64,000 nt of DNA from contig JBNKOC010000028.1 in assembly GCA_050294405.1 (NCBI GenBank), positions 384,001-448,000 on the forward strand, given 5' to 3'. The notes beneath the pieces were generated by a model. That model was not told the origin of the DNA, did no database searches, and saw nothing but the letters and a program-made list of their open reading frames with translations. This DNA is from Fibrobacteria bacterium (GTDB lineage: Bacteria > Fibrobacterota > Fibrobacteria > UBA11236 > JADFYW01). Positions 10,653 through 19,722 of this stretch are shown here, one piece after another. Both the position numbers and the translations under genes were made by a program. The first letter of the stretch is position 1, and every line of letters begins with the position of its first letter.

Positions 10653-11015
10653 TTATGGCAACAGGTGTTGCTTTAACAAAGTGATGATTTTTTCGGCTGT
10701 TTCCTGATCGATTCTATCATTGGGTTGGCCAAGGCTCGAGGCCCGGTTTTGTTGGGCGAGAGCCCTTTTGGCCCCAGCAATGGATAGGCCGTCCTCTTTG
10801 AGCATGGTAAATATCTTTTTGAGCCGGACGATTTGCGCGGAACCGTAGCGTCGCTGTCTTCCCAAGGTGCGGGGGGGGATAAGGTAGTTTGGAAATTCTT
10901 TTTCCCAATAGCGAATTGTATGGGTAGGCACTCCCACAATTTTGGAAACATCTCCAATACTAATCATAGGATCTTCTTCATCTTTTACATCAGTCCATTC
11001 TGCTGTTTGTAACAT
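10653..11015 (-). CDS. Short MerR-type HTH transcriptional regulator (MlrA-like, no clear effector domain)
   Basis: Motif SIGDVSKIVGVPTHTIRYWEKEF...PPRTLGRQRRY...GLSIAGAKRAL. ATG 11015 has a GGAGG RBS 5 nt upstream, so it is preferred over TTG 11027. Confidence 0.85.
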   Translation of the reverse strand: MLQTAEWTDVKDEEDPMISIGDVSKIVGVPTHTIRYWEKEFPNYLIPPRTLGRQRRYGSAQIVRLKKIFTMLKEDGLSIAGAKRALAQQNRASSLGQPNDRIDQETAEKIITLLKQHLLP

Positions 11016-11057
11016 TTTTGCCTCCAAAAAAAGCCGAGTTTCGTTTTCTCAGATTAA

Positions 11058-11073
11058 AGCAAAATTGGATCCA
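11058..11073 (-). promoter_or_regulatory. Candidate sigma54 (-24/-12) promoter for the MerR-GT operon
   Basis: The minus strand reads TGGATCCAATTTTGCT, i.e. GG-N10-GC with TGG and TTGCT conserved, about 43 nt upstream of the ATG. It overlaps the perfect palindrome ATTGGATCCAAT (11064-11075). Confidence 0.5.
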
Positions 11074-11343
11074 ATAATAAAAGTGCTAAAAAATTTGAAA
11101 TTTAAGCGAATTCTTAAACTGAAAATTAAAGTAGAAGTAAAATTTTCCTAGCAGCTCTTCTGAATCAGAAAAAAATGCCGGGACAATTTTGCTGCTCTAA
11201 ATTGGGGAATTGGGGTTAAAAAAAGACTGTGCGCGATTCTCATTTTCTCCTAATAATTGTAAATAGTTATTAATTTTTCCCTGGGGCTTAAAAAACGCCC
11301 TTTAAACTTTTTTACGAATTTTTTTGATATTGGAAGTCCCTCT

Positions 11344-14300
11344 ATGAAATTTAGTGATTTTTTTAAACCAAGTTGGAAACACAGCGACCCTAAAATTAGA
11401 ACAGAAGCCATTAAACAGCTTTCTGAAGAATACAACCTAAACGACCTCAAGGAAATTGCCATCCAGGATGATTTAGCCGAGAATCAGAAACTAGCATTGA
11501 AGAAAATTTCAAATGAAAATGCCCTGGCGGAAATTGCAAACTCGTCCCAACAAAAGGGTATTGCAGAACAAGCGCAAAAAAAATTAAATGAGATTTGGTC
11601 TAAAAAAGCCTTGGAAACATCTGATGAAAGCCAAGCGCTGGACTTAGTTGCTAAAATTTCGGATTCAAAATTCATTGAATCAATTGCTTTGAATCACAAA
11701 TCCATTAATGTGCGAAGAAAATGTATGCAGGCTTTGAACAACCCAAATAGCCTGTATAAGTTAGCCCTGGCCGAATCAACAGATGAAATTGCCTTGGAAG
11801 CTTTTAAGTCCATAACTAAAACATCCCAGTATGAAACCCTGGCAAAAAAAGCAACGAATAAGCAAGTGAGGTTAAAGGCTAAGGAAAAATTAAATACAGG
11901 GGTTACAGGCACTGTTAAAAAATCCGATTCCGATATTGCGCTGGCGAAGGCTGAAGTCCTTTGCAGCTCTATGGAATCCTTAACTAAACCGGACGATTGG
12001 AAAGAAGCAAAAATCAAAGCGGATGAATTGTCCAAGGCTTGGTTAGAATTGGAGAACGCTAATTTACCTGAGAGTTTTTCAGGGCGTTTTGAAAAGGCTT
12101 TGGCCGAATTTAATGAACATTTAAAAACCCATGAAGAAAAAGAACGTCGAAGAAAAGAGCAGGAAAAACTTTCAGAACAAAGTATACAAGGCCGCCGGGA
12201 AATTTGCGAAGAACTCGAAAAAATAAGCCAGTCTAAATTAACAGACGAACGTATGGCTCGTGTAGATGAACTAACTGCAAAGTGGCAAACGCTCCCCAGC
12301 CAGGGAAGCGAAGAAGAGGGTCTTCTCAACAATCGCTACCAGCAGGTGTCCCGCTCTTTAATAAACGATGTTAAGGAACAGCGCAAAAATAGCAATCAGG
12401 ATGATAGCATTTCCCGTGTATTAAATATTATGGAAGGCTTGGCTCAAAAAGATTTGGAGCCTGCCGATATCCCTCAATATGAAGAAGCCCTGGAAATTTG
12501 GGCTGAGCTTTCGCTTTCTCCTGAACATCCGGCCATAAGCAAGGTTGAAGATTTAAAAATCGCCATTGAAGGGAAGATGGAAGGCTATCGTGAATCCCAT
12601 AAGGAAATTCAAATTTCAAATTTGGACAAGCTCTCGGAAATTGTTTCCAGTATTGAAAAACTGATGGAAAACAACGAGTTGGCTCAGGCTGAAAAAAAAT
12701 TCAAGGCCCTTTTAGGGCAGTGGCGGGATTTGGATCATTCGGATTTGTTGGAAGGCGAACATCTTTCTCGTTTTAATGATTTGCAAGGCCAATTTGATTT
12801 AGCCAAAGCCAAATTTTTGGAAGCGCAGGAATGGGCCCGTTGGGCCAACCTTCAGAAAAAGCAAGAAATTACAGAGAGCTTAAAAACGGCCATCGCTGAA
12901 AATTCGGATCCTAAAGCCCTTTATGCAAAAATGCGGGAGCTGCAATCAGAGTGGAAAAATATTGGCCCTGTTAGTTGGGATAGCTCCCGGGAAATTTGGG
13001 AGGAATACCAAAAAATTATCGATGATATTTATGAGAAATGCCAGGATTACTTTGAGGAATTAGCCGAAGAGCGTAAATCAAACTTGGAGGCCAAACTCAA
13101 GCTTTGTGAATTAGTGGAAAAGGAAATGGAAAGCACCCGGCTTTTGGAAGCTACTGAAAGAGTTAAAGATGCCCAAACGGAATGGAAAAATATTGGTTCT
13201 GTTCCTAAGGAAAACTCTGAGGAAGTTTGGACCCGTTTTCGAAATGCCTGTGATAAATTTTTCAGTTTGCGAAAAGAAATGCATCACGAACTGGAAAAGG
13301 AAAAAGGCGAAAACCTGGCCAAAAAAATCGAGCTTTGCGAACTGGTGGAATCTGTAAAAGATTCGAAAGAATGGAAGAAAACTGCGGCGGTTTTGAAAAA
13401 GGCCCAACAGGATTGGAAAGAAATTGGTCCTGTACCAAAACAAGATTTGGAAAGTATTTGGGAGCGCTTTCGCAATGCTTGCGATTTTTTCTTTAATGCC
13501 CGCGATGCATACTTCAAGGAACTGGAGTCTGAAAAAGCGGATAACCTAATTAAGAAAGAAGCCCTGATTCAAAAACTGGATGGTTTGAAGGATATTGAAG
13601 GCGATAATGAAAAATTCAAATTTATTAAAGATCTTCAAGCCGAATGGAAGGGTATTGGCCCTGTAGATAAAAAGGTAATGAATGAAATTTGGGAGCGTTT
13701 TCGCACTCCCATTGATGCCTTTTTTGAAGAACGAAAAGAAAAATTTGAACAGGAAAAACAGGTTCGGGAAGAAAACCTGGGAAAAAAAGAAGCCCTTTGC
13801 GAAAAAGCCGAAGCTTTGGCCGAATCCAACCAATGGAAAGCTACTTCCGAAGAGCTTAAAAAGCTGCAAGCCGAATGGAAACAAATTGGTCCGGCCCCTC
13901 GGGAAAAGGACCGAGCTGTTTGGGAGCGATTTAGAGCTGCCTGCGATGGCTTTTTTAACAAAATGAAGGATCACTATCGTCAATTAGATGAGCAAAGAGA
14001 CTTAAACCTTTCTGTTAAGGAGGATTTGTGCTTTCAGGCTGAGGCACTTGCAGGTTTTGTTAGCAATCCCAACGAAGAAAATATTCCTTTGGAGGATCGC
14101 AATTGGGAGGAGTCTTCCAATAGAATAAAAGAGTTGCAGAAAAAATGGAAAGCAACAGGCCCTGTTCCTAAATCAAAAAGTGATGAGCTTTGGGAAAAAT
14201 TTCGCTTAGCATGTGATTATGTTTTTGAAGCAACCAGAGTGGCTGGCAATGAAGGGGCTTTTGATTTGGAAGCCAATTTAGCAGCTAAACTGGAAATGTG

Positions 14301-14484
14301 CGAAAGTGCGGAGGTTATTTCCAATCAGGTTCACACAGATGCCCAAATTCAGAAAATCAAGGATTTACAGTATCAGTGGAAGTCTGTGGGTCCTGTTCCT
14401 CCAGAGCAGTTTGGCGAGCTTTGGAAACGCTTTAAAAGTGCTTGCGATGTGGTTTATGGTGAGGATGAACGCCTTAGGGTGTGA
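11344..14484 (+). CDS. DUF349 repeat protein (1046 aa) with N-terminal HEAT-like helical region
   Basis: Seven clear KxxQxxWKxxGPVP...WxRFRxACDxFF repeats plus degenerate copies; N-terminus FFKPSWKHSDPKIR. Confidence 0.85.
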   Translation: MKFSDFFKPSWKHSDPKIRTEAIKQLSEEYNLNDLKEIAIQDDLAENQKLALKKISNENALAEIANSSQQKGIAEQAQKKLNEIWSKKALETSDESQALDLVAKISDSKFIESIALNHKSINVRRKCMQALNNPNSLYKLALAESTDEIALEAFKSITKTSQYETLAKKATNKQVRLKAKEKLNTGVTGTVKKSDSDIALAKAEVLCSSMESLTKPDDWKEAKIKADELSKAWLELENANLPESFSGRFEKALAEFNEHLKTHEEKERRRKEQEKLSEQSIQGRREICEELEKISQSKLTDERMARVDELTAKWQTLPSQGSEEEGLLNNRYQQVSRSLINDVKEQRKNSNQDDSISRVLNIMEGLAQKDLEPADIPQYEEALEIWAELSLSPEHPAISKVEDLKIAIEGKMEGYRESHKEIQISNLDKLSEIVSSIEKLMENNELAQAEKKFKALLGQWRDLDHSDLLEGEHLSRFNDLQGQFDLAKAKFLEAQEWARWANLQKKQEITESLKTAIAENSDPKALYAKMRELQSEWKNIGPVSWDSSREIWEEYQKIIDDIYEKCQDYFEELAEERKSNLEAKLKLCELVEKEMESTRLLEATERVKDAQTEWKNIGSVPKENSEEVWTRFRNACDKFFSLRKEMHHELEKEKGENLAKKIELCELVESVKDSKEWKKTAAVLKKAQQDWKEIGPVPKQDLESIWERFRNACDFFFNARDAYFKELESEKADNLIKKEALIQKLDGLKDIEGDNEKFKFIKDLQAEWKGIGPVDKKVMNEIWERFRTPIDAFFEERKEKFEQEKQVREENLGKKEALCEKAEALAESNQWKATSEELKKLQAEWKQIGPAPREKDRAVWERFRAACDGFFNKMKDHYRQLDEQRDLNLSVKEDLCFQAEALAGFVSNPNEENIPLEDRNWEESSNRIKELQKKWKATGPVPKSKSDELWEKFRLACDYVFEATRVAGNEGAFDLEANLAAKLEMCESAEVISNQVHTDAQIQKIKDLQYQWKSVGPVPPEQFGELWKRFKSACDVVYGEDERLRV

Positions 14485-14508
14485 TTCCTTTTCGCCATTA
14501 ACAATATA

Positions 14509-14591
14509 TGTTATAAATGAGGATTTGAAGAAGAGCAGAACGCCCTGCCTTTGGGCCACCTCCGTAAAAGCGGGATGGGGAACCTCAAAGC
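14509..14591 (+). repeat. Internal fragment of the MITE-like family (matches 47416-47501)
   Basis: TGTTATAAATGAGG...GAAGAG..GAAC.CCCTGCCTTTGGGCC...AAAAGCG.GATGGGGAACCTCAAAGC is shared with the element at 47292-47530. It lies in the convergent DUF349/cpoB gap. Confidence 0.85.
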
Positions 14592-14626
14592 CACGAAAAA
14601 CAGGGGAGGCTTTTTTATTGGAAAAT

Positions 14627-15418
14627 TTATTGCTTGATTAACTCTTTAGCCCGGTACGCTTCGTTGGAACCATCGCATTTTTTAATAAGGGTATTCCAGA
14701 TTTCGTTCCGTTTCTTTTTGTTCTTTAATTCGTCTTCAATTAATCCCAATTTAAAATAAGCTGAGCACATTTTACTGCCTTGGGGGTATTCACTTACATT
14801 GCGGTTATAGTATTCAGAGGCTTCTTTGTATTTTTTTTCTTTATAATGGCATTCGCCCATCCAATATAAAGCCAAGTCTTTGTAAGTGCCAGTTATATCT
14901 TTTTGTAAGACAGTTTCAAAGCCTTTGAAAGCCACCTGGTACTTTCCGGCAATGTAATCTTCTCGGGCTTGATTGTATAATTTTTCAAGATCGAGGCCTG
15001 ATACAACTTTGGCGGATGGAACTCCGGAAGTATCTCCAGAATCTGCCGGAACTCCAGTTATCATTAGCCGTTGGCTGGCAATGGCATCAAGTTTTTTTTC
15101 TAATTGCTTAAAACGGTATTGGGATTCGTCCATTTCAGATTTTAAACGTTCTAATTGCTCATCTAGTTGTTTGATAAGCATAGTGAGGTCGGCCTTCATT
15201 TTATTGGTGGCTCCACCCTGATTTACGTTTAAATCATCAATAACTTTTTGCAGCACTTTAACTTGGTTGGTAAGCTCGCCAACCTGCTGATTGGTTTTAT
15301 CTACGTTGGCTTCGACTCTTTTTAAGCGCGCACAACCGCTGAACATTAAAACAAAACCCATTCCCAAAATGGAAACAGATTTTGCTGTTAAAATTCTCTT
15401 ATTGCGAAAAAAATTCAT
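14627..15418 (-). CDS. cpoB: Tol-Pal system protein CpoB/YbgF (lipoprotein, coiled coil + TPR)
   Basis: Lipobox FSGC, coiled coil, and LYNQA...ALYWMGECHY...YPQGSK...AYFKLG TPRs; directly downstream of pal. Confidence 0.85.
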   Translation of the reverse strand: MNFFRNKRILTAKSVSILGMGFVLMFSGCARLKRVEANVDKTNQQVGELTNQVKVLQKVIDDLNVNQGGATNKMKADLTMLIKQLDEQLERLKSEMDESQYRFKQLEKKLDAIASQRLMITGVPADSGDTSGVPSAKVVSGLDLEKLYNQAREDYIAGKYQVAFKGFETVLQKDITGTYKDLALYWMGECHYKEKKYKEASEYYNRNVSEYPQGSKMCSAYFKLGLIEDELKNKKKRNEIWNTLIKKCDGSNEAYRAKELIKQ

Positions 15419-15432
15419 TACGGAAGGTTTTT

Positions 15433-15460
15433 AAAAAAGGGCCTGGTAAGTTCCAGGCCC
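15433..15460 (-). terminator. Rho-independent terminator after pal
   Basis: GGGCCTGG-6 nt-CCAGGCCC stem followed by 6 U on the minus strand. Confidence 0.75.
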
Positions 15461-15470
15461 GGAGTCGAAA

Positions 15471-15998
15471 TTATTGGATGCTGGTTGTGGCGGTAAATTC
15501 TGCGCGACGGTTTTGGGAATCTTCTTCGCTGGCAGGTTGTTCTTCGCCGTAGCTCACTATATTGAGACGAGAAGCTTCAACTCCGTAACCTTCGAGATAT
15601 TCCATAACCATTTTAGCACGACGTTCGCCAAGAGCCAGGTTATAGTCTTCGGTGCCAACCTGGTCTGTGTGGCCAGCAATTCTAACTTGAATGCTGCGAC
15701 CGGCTTCGCCAGATTGCATAATGGAACCCACCTCAGACAAAATTTCTTTTGCTTCGGGTTTTAATTCTGATTTATCAAAATCAAAGTAAACTTTGTTACC
15801 CAAAAGTTTGTTTAACAATTCCTGAACTTTTTGAGCCAACAGTTCGGCTTCGCTAGGACCAGTTGGTTCTGGTGCCACTTCTTCAACTTCTTCAACCGGT
15901 GCTGGAGGAGGAGGAGTTGGTTCGGGTTCAGGTTTGGGTTTGGAACAATTAAAAACAAATAATGCTATTGCTGTGAGAGATAGAATTTTTGCAAGCAT
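15471..15998 (-). CDS. pal: Peptidoglycan-associated lipoprotein Pal (OmpA-like domain)
   Basis: Lipobox VFNC; VYFDFDKS, GHTDQVGTEDYNLALGERRA, SYGEEQP and NRRAEF motifs; GGAGG RBS before ATG 15998. Confidence 0.92.
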   Translation of the reverse strand: MLAKILSLTAIALFVFNCSKPKPEPEPTPPPPAPVEEVEEVAPEPTGPSEAELLAQKVQELLNKLLGNKVYFDFDKSELKPEAKEILSEVGSIMQSGEAGRSIQVRIAGHTDQVGTEDYNLALGERRAKMVMEYLEGYGVEASRLNIVSYGEEQPASEEDSQNRRAEFTATTSIQ

Positions 15999-16090
15999 CA
16001 AAACCTCCGTAATAAGATAAACCAGAAAATAAAAATTTTAAGAAAATGTACCAATTCCTCAGTGAGAAAATAAAAAAAAATCAATAAAAA

Positions 16091-17350
16091 TTAAAAATGT
16101 GACCAGGAGGGTGATGAATTTCCCCCAAAGGTGGTCAATTGTTTTTGATTTGTGCCGTCAGCCCGCATAATATAAAGCTCCTTGCGCCCTAAGCGGGTGG
16201 ATGAGAATACGATGGCCCTGCCATCAGGGCTCCAGTCCGGGCTTTCATTGCTCCCAGTGGCGAAAGTCAGCCGCCTTAAATCTTTTCCTGTGGGGCTGAT
16301 AGTGAAAATATCCATTTCTCCACGTTCATTCATACCGCAAAAAGCAATTTTATCCCCTGCCGGAGACCAGGCTGGAGAAGTGTTGTATTTGCCTTCGTAA
16401 GTGAGCCTTCGGGTGTTTGAACCGTCCCTGTCCATAATGTATAGCATGGGATTGCCCGAACGGCTTGAGGTGAACACAATTTCATATCCGTTGGGAGACC
16501 AACTGGGAGAAGCCTCCAGAGAATTCGCATAAGTCAATCGGGTGGGCTTTTTCCCTTCTTCATCCACTCTGAAAATTTCCGTGTTTCCCTTTACAGAAGA
16601 TGTATACACAATTTCTCCATCTACAAAATTGTAGTCGGGACCTGTGTTCATGTACTTGGATTGCAGGAAAATTTTAACGGCGTTGCTGGAAAGGTTGTGA
16701 GTATACAATTGGGGGCTTCCTCCTTTATAGCTGGTATACATCAAAGTTTCGTTGCCTTTGAGCCAGCAGGGAGTTAAGTGCAATGTGCTGTTGCGGGTAA
16801 TCTGCCTTACATCGGCCCCGTCGTAATCCATAACATAAACTTCTTTTTTACCGGAGCGGCTGGATAAAAAGGCGATGCGGGTTTGAGCGATCCCTTTTTC
16901 CCCAAAGAGCTGGTAAACCAGTTCATCTGAAAATTTGTGGGCCATTTGACGCAGTTGCTTTATTTTGCCCTCGTATTTTTTTCCCAAAATAAGATCGCCG
17001 GTTTCGATATCCTTCAAATAACATTTTAAAATGATGTTGCTACCGCTAAACTGGTATTCGCCCCAAATGTATGCATAGGCTTCGTTCATAAGTAAATATT
17101 TGAGGGAAGTGCTATCGGTTTTTAAAACTTCGAAAATTTTTACCCGTCCGCTAAATTCCAGGTCATCGGCAATGACTCTTCCGGGATCCAAAGGCAAGGG
17201 CTTGGTTTCACCGGGCCTTGGTTGAAAGGCCATAAAGCCCAGAGGCAATTGGGGTTCGGATGCTTCGCCTTTTAAAATAAAATCAGCTTCCTGCCCCAAG
17301 AGGGAACTGAAACCGGTAAATAGAAAAAATATTGCCAGAAAAAACTTCAT
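16091..17350 (-). CDS. tolB: TolB beta-propeller protein
   Basis: Signal peptide, IADDLEFSG, RQMAHKFSDE, GIAQTRIAF and multiple SPxWSPxG (PD40) repeats. The start is ATG 17350 or GTG 17359. Confidence 0.93.
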   Translation of the reverse strand: MKFFLAIFFLFTGFSSLLGQEADFILKGEASEPQLPLGFMAFQPRPGETKPLPLDPGRVIADDLEFSGRVKIFEVLKTDSTSLKYLLMNEAYAYIWGEYQFSGSNIILKCYLKDIETGDLILGKKYEGKIKQLRQMAHKFSDELVYQLFGEKGIAQTRIAFLSSRSGKKEVYVMDYDGADVRQITRNSTLHLTPCWLKGNETLMYTSYKGGSPQLYTHNLSSNAVKIFLQSKYMNTGPDYNFVDGEIVYTSSVKGNTEIFRVDEEGKKPTRLTYANSLEASPSWSPNGYEIVFTSSRSGNPMLYIMDRDGSNTRRLTYEGKYNTSPAWSPAGDKIAFCGMNERGEMDIFTISPTGKDLRRLTFATGSNESPDWSPDGRAIVFSSTRLGRKELYIMRADGTNQKQLTTFGGNSSPSWSHF

Positions 17351-17351
17351 G

Positions 17352-18056
17352 TTAGTCACCTATGTAAGGCAGGATAAAGGTTATGGCCAATTCGTCTTTG
17401 TCCTGATAATTAGGGGGAATAGGGGGCAGGCTTCCTACCCGCATCAAGGTTCTTTTTCCCTCTTCATCCAAAGCAGAATTACCGGAAGAAGTGGCCACAG
17501 TAATATTTTTTACTCCTCCCTGCCTTTCCACTGTAAAATTAATATGAACTTCCGCAGAACCCAAAACGCCAAAACCGCGGGGGGGATTCCAGAGCGATTG
17601 AATTTTGCGCTGCACCCGTCTTAGCCAGAACTTAAGGCGCGGGTCCGTTAAATCCTCCATAACCATACGGGGTTGTAAATCCTTTACTTCCTCCTGAACC
17701 ACTTCTTTGGGTTCTTCTTTTTGGGGCTCCTCCTTAACTTCCACCGGTTTTTCTTCGGGGGGCTTGGGCTTCTCTGGCTTTTCCGTTAATTTCGGGGCTT
17801 CGGGTTTGGGCTCCGGTTTTTTTTCCGGCGGTTTGGGAGGAGGCTGAACCTTGGGTTTTCGCACCACCACTTTGGGTTTTTCCAGAGGGACCAGCGTAAA
17901 TACGGGTACTTCCACAGCCTTTGGTTTATGGAGTAAGGGATAAATAAAGGCGGCTACCACAAACAGCAAATGAAAAATAATGGAAACAATCACGATAACG
18001 AGGAATTTATCTTTCCTGCTGTCGGGAACGAATTGCCAGCCTTGCAAGGACACCAT
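17352..18056 (-). CDS. tolA: TolA/TonB-family energy transducer
   Basis: TM helix with SIIFH motif, Pro/Lys/Glu-rich linker, and C-terminal IQSLWNPP...SSGNSALD domain; lies between tolR and tolB. Confidence 0.8.
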   Translation of the reverse strand: MVSLQGWQFVPDSRKDKFLVIVIVSIIFHLLFVVAAFIYPLLHKPKAVEVPVFTLVPLEKPKVVVRKPKVQPPPKPPEKKPEPKPEAPKLTEKPEKPKPPEEKPVEVKEEPQKEEPKEVVQEEVKDLQPRMVMEDLTDPRLKFWLRRVQRKIQSLWNPPRGFGVLGSAEVHINFTVERQGGVKNITVATSSGNSALDEEGKRTLMRVGSLPPIPPNYQDKDELAITFILPYIGD

Positions 18057-18499
18057 TATCCTTTTTTGCGTTTTAGTTTCTTATAAAGTTTAGCAGCGCC
18101 GGAAGGATCTGTTAGAAAACCCAGCTTTTTTGCGCCCTCGGACTGCGCTTCGGTTACCAATTTCATGACAAAACCGTATGGGACTTTTCTATCGGAATTG
18201 ACTATCACCACGGTCTCCTCGTCGCCGGTCCATACAGAACGGAAATCGTTTTTAAAATGAAGCTCATCAGTAGGGATTTCGCTGTTGAGAATTATTTCTC
18301 TTTCGGCGGTAATAGTGATGTTAACGGTTTTTTTCTCATCCATGGAGGCGGCCTGGGCCTTGGGTAAATCCACTTTCACGCCCTGGCTCATCAAAGGCGC
18401 GGTAATCATAAAAACCACCAGGATGGCAAAGATAACATCAATCATGTTAGTAAGGTTGATTTCAGCATTTAACTGAATTTGGGATCTTCTGCTTTTCAT
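18056..18499 (-). CDS. tolR: TolR/ExbD
   Basis: EINLTNMIDVIFAILVVFMITAP, VDLPKA and DRKVPYG motifs. Confidence 0.9.
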   Translation of the reverse strand: MKSRRSQIQLNAEINLTNMIDVIFAILVVFMITAPLMSQGVKVDLPKAQAASMDEKKTVNITITAEREIILNSEIPTDELHFKNDFRSVWTGDEETVVIVNSDRKVPYGFVMKLVTEAQSEGAKKLGFLTDPSGAAKLYKKLKRKKG

Positions 18500-18508
18500 A
18501 GGACTCCC

Positions 18509-19204
18509 TTATTTAGCTGTTTTGGCTCTTTCGAGGGCTTTCAAATCACCTCTTTGGAACAGGCTTAAAAGCTCAGAACCAAAGCCGTACATGTATGCTT
18601 CGGATTTTCTGTTAAAAGACACAAAAGAACTAAATGCGGAGGCCGCGGGAATGGCGACGGAAAGCCCCACAATGGTTGTGACTAAAGCTTCTGCAATACC
18701 TGGGGCCACTACGGTGATGTTAGCAGAGCCTTGATTTCCGATTTCTAAAAAGGAGTGCATAATTCCCCAAACCGTTCCGAATAAACCTAGAAAAGGGGCC
18801 ACAGAGCTACTTAAGGATAAAAAGCCAAGGTATTTTTCCTGATTGAATTTTTCCTTATCTACGGCGCGTTCCACCACTTCTTCAATAAGCTGGGTACGGG
18901 AATCCAAAGAGCCATAAGATACAAATGGAGCGAGCCCTTCTATTTCGGAAATGGCGGCTCCGGCAATACGACCCAAAGTGGAGTTTTGATGTTCCTGGGA
19001 TAACTTTTGAATTTCCCCTAAACTTTTGGCAGTGCGCAGGCGGGAAAACCATTTGTGAAAGTCAGATTTTTCTTTTTGGTTTTTCGCAATTTTAATAAAA
19101 ATGACTGCCCACACTCCAATGGACATAAACACCAAAATTAAAATAACCAATAAGGCAACTGGGCCCGATTTGGCTATAAGTGCGAAAATAGGAATATTTG
19201 ACAT
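18509..19204 (-). CDS. tolQ: TolQ/ExbB proton channel
   Basis: APFLGLFGTVWGIMHSF and VAPGIAEALVTT...VAIPA motifs. Confidence 0.92.
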   Translation of the reverse strand: MSNIPIFALIAKSGPVALLVILILVFMSIGVWAVIFIKIAKNQKEKSDFHKWFSRLRTAKSLGEIQKLSQEHQNSTLGRIAGAAISEIEGLAPFVSYGSLDSRTQLIEEVVERAVDKEKFNQEKYLGFLSLSSSVAPFLGLFGTVWGIMHSFLEIGNQGSANITVVAPGIAEALVTTIVGLSVAIPAASAFSSFVSFNRKSEAYMYGFGSELLSLFQRGDLKALERAKTAK

Positions 19205-19509
19205 ACTATTTCTCCGCTTCTCCTTAAAAAATTTAGGCCCCGAATATTACTAAACGCCTCTTGTCTGAGGGGCGAAGGGATTCGGGAGGGCTTTTAAAGT
19301 TTTAGGGTTAAAAATCTTTGAATCATTATAAATGGGTGTAAAATATTTTATGCTACACCTCCCACAATATACAAAGTATTGAAAGGCCTCAAAAATCTTT
19401 TCCTCCATAAAAAGCGAAAAAGAAGCCCTCATGAAAAGAATTAGCAGGCAATTTGCCTTCGGGGTTGTAATAGAGCCATGGCCGTTATACATTTATGAAC
19501 GAGGATTAA

Positions 19510-19701
19510 ATGGGAATTACAAAATTACTGGCCATTGTTCTAATTGTGTATGGAATGCGTACCCTTTACATTCGAATGACCCGTGAAGCCCAAGCTCCCC
19601 GCAGAAACGGTCCTTTTCCCTCGGGATTTAAAACATCCAAGAAGGAGAATAAAAAAAAGGAAGATGTTTCTGATGGGGAGTGGAAAGAAGTATCTCACTA
19701 A
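19510..19701 (+). CDS. Small single-TM protein of unknown function
   Basis: GAGGA RBS; N-terminal hydrophobic helix and charged tail ending DVSDGEWKEV; first gene of the manA unit. Confidence 0.65.
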   Translation: MGITKLLAIVLIVYGMRTLYIRMTREAQAPRRNGPFPSGFKTSKKENKKKEDVSDGEWKEVSH

Positions 19702-19722
19702 CTCAAACTTTTAAGGCCCGCT

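Noticed and set aside
11016..11343. Sigma28 (FliA) promoter for the glycosyltransferase operon
   Set aside because: I found no TAAA-N15-GCCGATAA match on the minus strand.
12900..14460. Periodic DNA similarity suggesting a CRISPR or tandem array
   Set aside because: It is explained by protein-level DUF349 repeats; there are no identical repeats with unique spacers and no cas genes.
14306..14641. ORFs spanning the DUF349/cpoB gap
   Set aside because: They read through the repeat fragment and overlap real genes.
19250..19492. 80-aa minus-strand ORF upstream of tolQ
   Set aside because: It has no RBS or recognisable motif and spans a divergent promoter region; likely spurious.
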